Source: Candidatus Undinarchaeales archaeon (lineage in GTDB: Archaea > SpSt-1190 > JASMDC01). Taken from it: a stretch of DNA of 64,000 bases. The notes below the pieces were generated by a model that saw only the letters and a program-made list of their open reading frames with translations, ran no database searches and had not been told where the DNA came from. Shown here one piece after another: positions 57,677 to 64,000 of this stretch (position 1 is the first letter of the stretch; the number at the start of each line of letters is the position of its first letter). The stretch is from positions 1-64,000 of the forward strand of contig JASMDC010000006.1 of assembly GCA_030753015.1 (NCBI GenBank). The letters run 5' to 3'. The position numbers and the translations under genes were made by a program.

Positions 57677-58313
57677 GATAGTACTCTCGTCGGCCATGAG
57701 CCTGGACGGGAGGATATCCACGCGAGCAGGCGATTCACGCATCTCGAGTCAGGACGATCTGGTCCGGGTGCACGCGCTCCGCGCCAGAATGGACGCCATC
57801 TTGGTGGGCTCGGGCACCGTGCTGGCCGACGATCCCTGCCTCACGACCCGGCTCGTGGACGGCCCAAGCCCCTTGCGTGTTGTTGTGGACGGCCGGGCCA
57901 GGACCCCTCCGGGCGCCCGCGTGCTCGATGATGGGGCACCCACTGTGATCTACGTATCACGAAAAGCACCTTCTGGTCGGGTCGCCGCTCTGCAAGAGAA
58001 GTGCGATGTGGTGGTGCTGGGCGAGGAGCACGTCGATCTTGCGGCCATGCTCGATGACCTGGACGCACGCGGTGTACGCACCGCGATGCTGGAGGGTGGT
58101 GGTGGACTTAACGCTGCTATGTTCGCTGCCGGGCTTGTGGACAAGGTCCATATCACGGTCGCACCCTTTGTCATAGGTGGGAAGGACTCGGTGCCGCTGG
58201 TCGGTGGAGATGGCGTGACGTCGGTTGACGATGCTCCGCATCTCGAGCTCGAGAACGTCGAGGTGATAGGGGCAGAGGTGCTCCTACGTTACCGGGTGCA
58301 GCGCTGCGACTAG
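57645..58313 (+). CDS. arfC: 2,5-diamino-6-(ribosylamino)-4(3H)-pyrimidinone 5'-phosphate reductase (RibD C-terminal family)
   Basis: AMSLDGRI, DAILVG.GTVLADDP.LT, LEGGG. Confidence 0.88.
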   Translation: MSSRPGTSKPEIVLSSAMSLDGRISTRAGDSRISSQDDLVRVHALRARMDAILVGSGTVLADDPCLTTRLVDGPSPLRVVVDGRARTPPGARVLDDGAPTVIYVSRKAPSGRVAALQEKCDVVVLGEEHVDLAAMLDDLDARGVRTAMLEGGGGLNAAMFAAGLVDKVHITVAPFVIGGKDSVPLVGGDGVTSVDDAPHLELENVEVIGAEVLLRYRVQRCD

Positions 58314-58819
58314 TCCTCCAGGAACACCGCCACGGCGACCGCCACGTTCCACACGCCAGCCTTAGCCCTTGTGACGCAGGAGATTGTGGGGGATGCCGCA
58401 CAGACCTCATAGGCGCGCGATGTATCGATGTCCAAGGACGTTACCAGCATGCCCTGTGCGAGTTCGCGTGCAGCGGCCTCGATATCTTCCGGTGTACGTC
58501 CGTTGCCAGCGCACTCACCGATATAGCCATGGCGTGATCCGTCCTTAGGAACGGCGATACATACTGAAGTCGACAGCGGAGCATCTTCACAATCGCTCTC
58601 GTCACGTGCCATGACGCAGAACGTGATGGCTCCCGGTACCAGGGCGGCGGTCCCCGCCTCACGGTCCACGATCCGACACCCTGGCGGGAGGACGCTGGAG
58701 ACAAGCACGAGGTTGCACTGTTCGATTCCCGCGTCCCGGAGTGCCAGCTCAAAAGCGTGGATGCGGTCGGGATGCTGCCCCTGGCCTGCTGTCAGGAACA
58801 CGCGTCGCGGGACGATCAT
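58310..58819 (-). CDS. pdaD: Pyruvoyl-dependent arginine decarboxylase
   Basis: VP.RVFLT.G.G, FELALRDAGI..CNLV.VSS.LPP (SS cleavage site), PG.ITFCVMAR. Confidence 0.88.
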   Translation of the reverse strand: MIVPRRVFLTAGQGQHPDRIHAFELALRDAGIEQCNLVLVSSVLPPGCRIVDREAGTAALVPGAITFCVMARDESDCEDAPLSTSVCIAVPKDGSRHGYIGECAGNGRTPEDIEAAARELAQGMLVTSLDIDTSRAYEVCAASPTISCVTRAKAGVWNVAVAVAVFLED

Positions 58820-58846
58820 CGTCGGGGGATGAATCAGGAGGGGCTT

Positions 58847-59599
58847 TTAAACCTGATGCCTGCACGAGGCCGCGTCCCTGGCCGCACCGTTGAGCGACCT
58901 GATGTGCTCGAGCTCATGCTTTGCAGCAAGGTCCGCCTCATGGGCGTTGGAACCGGTGCCGAACCCGACCTTTAGGGGTACGTCCTCATGTTCCTTGAGC
59001 CGGGTGAGGAGCGCACAGATGTCCTTCCTGTCCACACCGTTAACAGGTGCGATAATGTTGTCCCCTCCAACGAAGAAGGCAGTGGCCCCAAGCTCACGTA
59101 GGCCCTGGGCCAGGATGAGGTAGGCCCGTTTCACAGCGAGGTAAGCATCGTAAGCGGAGAGAACGTCGGTGATCGTACCCGTGGCGTCATCGATGTCGAA
59201 GTGGCCGATGTCCACTCGGCCCGAATCCAGGAAGGTGCCCTCGACGACCGCAGTGCGTGAGGACTGGGCCGAGCCAGCCTGATGAATGTGACGTGTGGCC
59301 TCCTCCTGGGCTTCGAGCGCCGTTCGCCCGGTACCCACTCCGATGCTCAGGGTGAAAGGATAGCGAGCCTGGAGGCTCTGCTGGATACGACGGTGCGCAT
59401 CCTTGTCGATACCGTTGGAGATGGCCAGGATGTTGTCGAACCGGGTGGCGAAAGCGAGACCATCCCTGCTGGAGAACTGGTGTTGGACATCAGCGTAGAA
59501 TGAGGACTGGAGGATCTGGATGTCAGCCTCCCGTTTGGGAGCGGGATCCACCGTCCAGGGACCGTAGTTATCTATCTGGACCAGGCTCATCTGGATCAT
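58847..59599 (-). CDS. gch3: GTP cyclohydrolase III (IIa)
   Basis: [34 protein letters not shown]. Confidence 0.92.
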   Translation of the reverse strand: MIQMSLVQIDNYGPWTVDPAPKREADIQILQSSFYADVQHQFSSRDGLAFATRFDNILAISNGIDKDAHRRIQQSLQARYPFTLSIGVGTGRTALEAQEEATRHIHQAGSAQSSRTAVVEGTFLDSGRVDIGHFDIDDATGTITDVLSAYDAYLAVKRAYLILAQGLRELGATAFFVGGDNIIAPVNGVDRKDICALLTRLKEHEDVPLKVGFGTGSNAHEADLAAKHELEHIRSLNGAARDAASCRHQV

Positions 59600-60273
59600 G
59601 GTCGCTCCTCCCGCCAGGCATCCATGATCTCATCGCAGCTGATGAAGGGGAGCCTGTGTCGCTCAGCGTATCCTTGCGCCTCACTGGGAGGAACGGCTTT
59701 CCCTGTATCAGCCATCATCTCGCAGATGGTAGTGACCTGTGGCAATCCTGCCATGTCCGCCATTGCGAGGGTGATCTCAGTATGTCCCTGACGGACATCG
59801 AGCAGCCCGTCCGCGCCCCGGAGAAGAGGCACGTGTCCCGGGGAGCGGAACAAGGACCCGAACTCGGCGAATCGTCGGTCAACGACCAGAGCGGCCAGTT
59901 CCTTGATGGTGAGCGCCCGGTCGTCGTCGGTGATGCCGGTGAAGGTCTTACGATGGTTCACGGTGATGGAGAAGGACGAGCGCTCATCGTACGGGATGTC
60001 ATGAGGACTGAGCGAAGGGAGCACAGGGAACCGTTGGGACGCCTCGGAGAGCACATCGGTCATGAAGGGGATTCCTATGGCCTTGCACTCCTCGTGGCCG
60101 AGAGCGGTGCATATGAGACCTCCTGCGTCCCTGCGCATGGTGCGCACGTGGGCAGGGGTGACGTGGAGCGAGGAGACGAGCATGTCAGTCTCCCCCTCCC
60201 TGTCGTCCCGGTCGAACACCAGCACGATTCGGCCCTCTCTGAGGGCCGCCAGCGCCTCATCAAGGGAACCCAT
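59596..60273 (-). CDS. ribB: 3,4-dihydroxy-2-butanone-4-phosphate synthase (archaeal type)
   Basis: [44 protein letters not shown]. Confidence 0.93.
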   Translation of the reverse strand: MGSLDEALAALREGRIVLVFDRDDREGETDMLVSSLHVTPAHVRTMRRDAGGLICTALGHEECKAIGIPFMTDVLSEASQRFPVLPSLSPHDIPYDERSSFSITVNHRKTFTGITDDDRALTIKELAALVVDRRFAEFGSLFRSPGHVPLLRGADGLLDVRQGHTEITLAMADMAGLPQVTTICEMMADTGKAVPPSEAQGYAERHRLPFISCDEIMDAWREERP

Positions 60274-60698
60274 CAGGCGTTCGCCTTCACGATGCGCGTC
60301 ATCTTCACCGCGGCCTCCACGGCGCGCTTGGCGTTGGCCACCCGCTGGGAGGCCTCAAGCCGGGACATTCCTGGTCCGGTGATCCCGAGCGCCACGGGCT
60401 TCTCGAACTCCAGGGACATATCAGCGATGAGACGGCTGGCATTGCTCGCCACGACCGTGTCGTGCTCGGTCGATCCCTCGATGACAGCACCGAGCGTGAC
60501 AACCGCGTCGATATCCTTCTTCTTCAGGAGCGTGCGCACTGCCAGTGGCATATCGAACACGCCGGGCACCTTGATGATATGGGTGACTTCGGCGTCAAGG
60601 AACGTTGCGTGCTCCTTGGCCAGCTCCATCATGGCGTACACGATGTCGTAGTTGAACTCCGCGGCAACGATGCCGAGACGAATTGATGCTTCTGTCAT
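60273..60698 (-). CDS. ribH: 6,7-dimethyl-8-ribityllumazine synthase
   Basis: [33 protein letters not shown]. Confidence 0.94.
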   Translation of the reverse strand: MTEASIRLGIVAAEFNYDIVYAMMELAKEHATFLDAEVTHIIKVPGVFDMPLAVRTLLKKKDIDAVVTLGAVIEGSTEHDTVVASNASRLIADMSLEFEKPVALGITGPGMSRLEASQRVANAKRAVEAAVKMTRIVKANA

Positions 60699-60710
60699 GA
60701 TAATCCCTCA

Positions 60711-61214
<504 letters not shown>

Positions 61215-61283
61215 TTAGTAATTACTCAATTTTCAGTAATACATGGACAACGATATAAAGAGCGTCACCTTCATGGATGAGCG

Positions 61284-61913
61284 ATGTCCTGCGTTCGCAC
61301 GCTCCTCACCATCTTCCTGCTCGTCGTTCTGGTCACAGCACAGGGAGTGGACGACTGTGCCCTGATCACTCCCGGACTGGAGCAGGAACACTGCTACCGT
61401 ATAAGGGCTCCGCCAGAGGGGCGAGTGGACATGTGTCTCACCCTTATTGACGATGTGTGGTTGGACGAGTGCCTGGCCGAGGTAGCTCCCGTGCTCGCGA
61501 GGACCAACATTCAGACAGCCACGGGCACCTGCCGGCTCATCAACGACACCTCATGGCGGCAGTGGTGCCATATCGACACGGCCGCTGTCGTGGCCGGGCG
61601 GGACACGGGCAAGGCATGGGGTCTGTGCTCATCTCTTCCATACATGTTCCCTTGGGGAATGTGCGTCGTCGTCGTGCTCGCGCCCCATGGGACCGTAATC
61701 GCCATCCTCATCACCCTCCTGGTGGTCGCGGTCGTGGCACTGCGCTGGCGCCGCCGCGGTGCGGGGGGGGATGACGAGTATGAGGACGGGTCCACGGATG
61801 AGGCACGCGAGTACGTGGAAGAATGCCGTGCTAAAGGACACACCGACGAGGAGATAGAAAGCACCATGAAGGAGTTCGGGTACACTCGTGAGGAGATCGA
61901 ACGGGTGCTCTGA
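61284..61913 (+). CDS. Exported Cys-repeat protein with a TM and a cytoplasmic three-helix tail
   Basis: Four C..I.D......C units; TM; AREYVEECRAKGHTDEEIE..MKEFGY. Confidence 0.72.
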   Translation: MSCVRTLLTIFLLVVLVTAQGVDDCALITPGLEQEHCYRIRAPPEGRVDMCLTLIDDVWLDECLAEVAPVLARTNIQTATGTCRLINDTSWRQWCHIDTAAVVAGRDTGKAWGLCSSLPYMFPWGMCVVVVLAPHGTVIAILITLLVVAVVALRWRRRGAGGDDEYEDGSTDEAREYVEECRAKGHTDEEIESTMKEFGYTREEIERVL

Positions 61914-61952
61914 GGGTTCCTTTTATAAGGTTTTGACCGGAGTGAGACCTCC

Positions 61953-64000
61953 ATGGTCCCGGATCACCGGCTGTTTACTGTGATGGCCTTGGTGTGCATG
62001 CTCGCCCTGACGACCGCCATTGAGGTTACACCCGACGACTTTCTGCTGGAGGGTGCACGCGAGTGCGGACCCAAGACCACATGGAAGTGCCAGACCGGTG
62101 AATCGATGGGCAGCTTGATCTTCGCCTACGCTCTTCGCTACAAGGAGACGGGTGAAGAGGCATACCTCACCGCCTTGCAGGAACTGCATGCGATGGGAAC
62201 GTCGGACTGCGGACAGCACACCGGTTGGAACTGCGGTGCCGCCTGGCCTCAGACGTGGATGATGCTGGGATACGCGGCGGCCTACGAGGCCACAAACCTC
62301 ACCGAGTTCAAGGAGGGTCTGGAGGGTCTGGCCGATTCCGGCTCCATCGACTGCGGTGGTAAGTTCGGTGGTCGATGTCGCGACGGCAAGATGCAGGGCT
62401 TTACGATTCTTGCCTACACGACAGCCTACAAGGTCCTTGGCCGTGAGCAGGACCTCGCGATGGCCCGGGACCTCGGTGACAAGGGCTCGCTCGAGTGCGG
62501 CCCCCGAGCTGGCTGGCAATGCAAGTACGGCTACTCACAGGGACCCTACATGCTGGGCTACGCACGTCTGTACGAGCTCACCGGTGAGGCGAGCTACCTG
62601 GAGGCCCTGGAGGGGATGTTCCGCAAGGGCGCGTCCGAGTGCGGGCCGACCACGGGCTGGCGGTGCAACGATGCCGCCTCGGCAGCCTGGCTCACATATG
62701 GTTACGTTCACGTGGTTGAACACCTGCACAACGAGACCCTCTTGACCATGGTGGACGAGCTGGTCCGCACCGGTTCGCGGGACTGTGGTCCCGACACTGG
62801 ATGGAAGTGCGGGCTCGGCCAGAACCAGGCCATTTTCATCCAGGCATACATCAAGGCTGGCGAGCGCGAGCGCGAGTTCCTTGGATATGCTGACCAGATG
62901 CGTGCGAAGGGCTCGTGGGACTGTGGTCCTGAGACAGGGACGCGGTGCGAGTTCGGTATAGATTGTGCTCTCATGAGCATCTCGTACGGGAACGCCACGA
63001 TCTTCGATGAGCTCTACACGTGCGAACCCGGTCGCGTGCTCTGTAATGAACAATGCGTAGAAGGTCTTCACATCCTCGGCGAGGGCGAATCCTGTGTGTG
63101 CAACGAGCAGTGTGACCACCTCGTATGCGTGGAGGGCACATGCTGTCCGGGCGACCGGTTCTGGTGCGCCGAGGCCGCAGCATGCGTGCTCCCCGCCCAG
63201 CCTGACGGCGCCTCTTGTTCCTGCGAGCGTCAGTGCGCAAGCGGTCTGTGCGTAGGCACCTGCGTCCAGCCGGCCACCGTTCAACGGGGCGAGGAGTGCA
63301 CTGTGGACGATGAGTGTGTTGATGGGCTCAAGTGCGTCGGTGGTACTTGCTACATCCCCGGTACATTGAAGACCAGCGATGAGTGCTTGGCGCATGCCGA
63401 GTGCCCTGGCATATGTGCCGATGGCCACTGCTGCGGTAAGGGGCAGACGTGGTGTGCTGATGAGGTTGCCTGTTATGACACCTGTCCGACGCCCACACCC
63501 CCACCTCCCACACCAACACCCGTCGAGCCCATCGAGGCCACGCCCGAGCCCACTCCTGAAGCGCCTACAAGCACACCGACCACGACGGACGCTGACGACA
63601 CGAAGCTCCCCACACAGACACCTGCCCCCTCTGCTGAACCCGAACCCCCGACCGACCAGGGGGATTCGTCGGTGGTGCTCCTTGGGATCCTTGCCCTTAT
63701 CCTTATCATCACCTACACCCAGCTCTCTGGTGGCCCCGAACGGCGCGCAGAGGAGGCGCCCGGCTCAGAGGTCGTGGTCGTCGCTCCCTCCGAGACGTTC
63801 GAACCCAAGGTCAAGATTAAGACCATGGGGGAATCGGCCGAAGAAGAATCGGAAGCGCTCCCGTCAGAGGAGAAAGAGGCACCCGAGATCGAACCTGAGA
63901 AGGTGTTTGAGAAGGAGACCAAGCCCCTACCGACACCTTCCGTCAAGGAGGAAGCGCCTGCCGCAAAGAAGAAGGCCCCCCAAAAGAAACCCACCAAGAA
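61953..64000 (+). CDS. Large cell-surface protein (seven 46-48 aa repeats, Cys-rich domain, PT linker, TM), 3' end runs off the window
   Basis: Not in the ORF track because there is no stop. ATG 61953 after TTTTATAA; signal peptide MVPDHRLFTVMALVCMLALTTA; reads open to the window end. Confidence 0.85.
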   Translation, partial: MVPDHRLFTVMALVCMLALTTAIEVTPDDFLLEGARECGPKTTWKCQTGESMGSLIFAYALRYKETGEEAYLTALQELHAMGTSDCGQHTGWNCGAAWPQTWMMLGYAAAYEATNLTEFKEGLEGLADSGSIDCGGKFGGRCRDGKMQGFTILAYTTAYKVLGREQDLAMARDLGDKGSLECGPRAGWQCKYGYSQGPYMLGYARLYELTGEASYLEALEGMFRKGASECGPTTGWRCNDAASAAWLTYGYVHVVEHLHNETLLTMVDELVRTGSRDCGPDTGWKCGLGQNQAIFIQAYIKAGEREREFLGYADQMRAKGSWDCGPETGTRCEFGIDCALMSISYGNATIFDELYTCEPGRVLCNEQCVEGLHILGEGESCVCNEQCDHLVCVEGTCCPGDRFWCAEAAACVLPAQPDGASCSCERQCASGLCVGTCVQPATVQRGEECTVDDECVDGLKCVGGTCYIPGTLKTSDECLAHAECPGICADGHCCGKGQTWCADEVACYDTCPTPTPPPPTPTPVEPIEATPEPTPEAPTSTPTTTDADDTKLPTQTPAPSAEPEPPTDQGDSSVVLLGILALILIITYTQLSGGPERRAEEAPGSEVVVVAPSETFEPKVKIKTMGESAEEESEALPSEEKEAPEIEPEKVFEKETKPLPTPSVKEEAPAAKKKAPQKKPTK

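Noticed and set aside
62535-63428. Minus-strand 297-aa ORF
   Set aside because: It is antisense to the plus-strand repeat protein, which has a signal peptide, periodic motifs and a TM anchor.

Overview
GC-rich archaeal chromosomal segment. Archaeal markers include rpl10e, Hef, Rio2, a translin-family gene, CarS, archaeal GTP cyclohydrolase III, archaeal RibC and TATA-type promoters; the lineage cannot be fixed from sequence alone. Left to right: (1) a nucleotide-sugar/glycosylation locus (1-14.4 kb) interrupted by a rearranged duplication scar, a DUF1016 pseudogene and two MNT-HEPN toxin-antitoxin pairs; (2) four Cys-rich class III signal-peptide (type IV pilin-like) genes, an aminopeptidase and Hef; (3) a radical SAM/SPASM gene overlapped by a 51-aa ORF missing from the ORF track, with a hydrophobic anchor and a perfect (CXX)7 core, which is a candidate archaeal RiPP system and shares a TATA element with a Gly/Ser/Arg-tail peptide plus DUF350 operon; (4) a second pilin-like cluster and a DUF4178-SPFH/SHOCT operon; (5) rpl10e-ppsA; (6) an envelope-modification cluster with two GT-C glycosyltransferases, a methyltransferase, an SGNH gene flanked by a 21-bp direct repeat, a B12 radical SAM, two Tes/MJ0619-like radical SAMs and carS; (7) hisS and riboflavin genes; (8) an unlisted, end-truncated surface protein with seven 46-48 aa Cys-paired repeats. 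No rRNA, tRNA, CRISPR array, transposase or integrase was recognised. Family calls come from motif recognition by eye, not from database searches.
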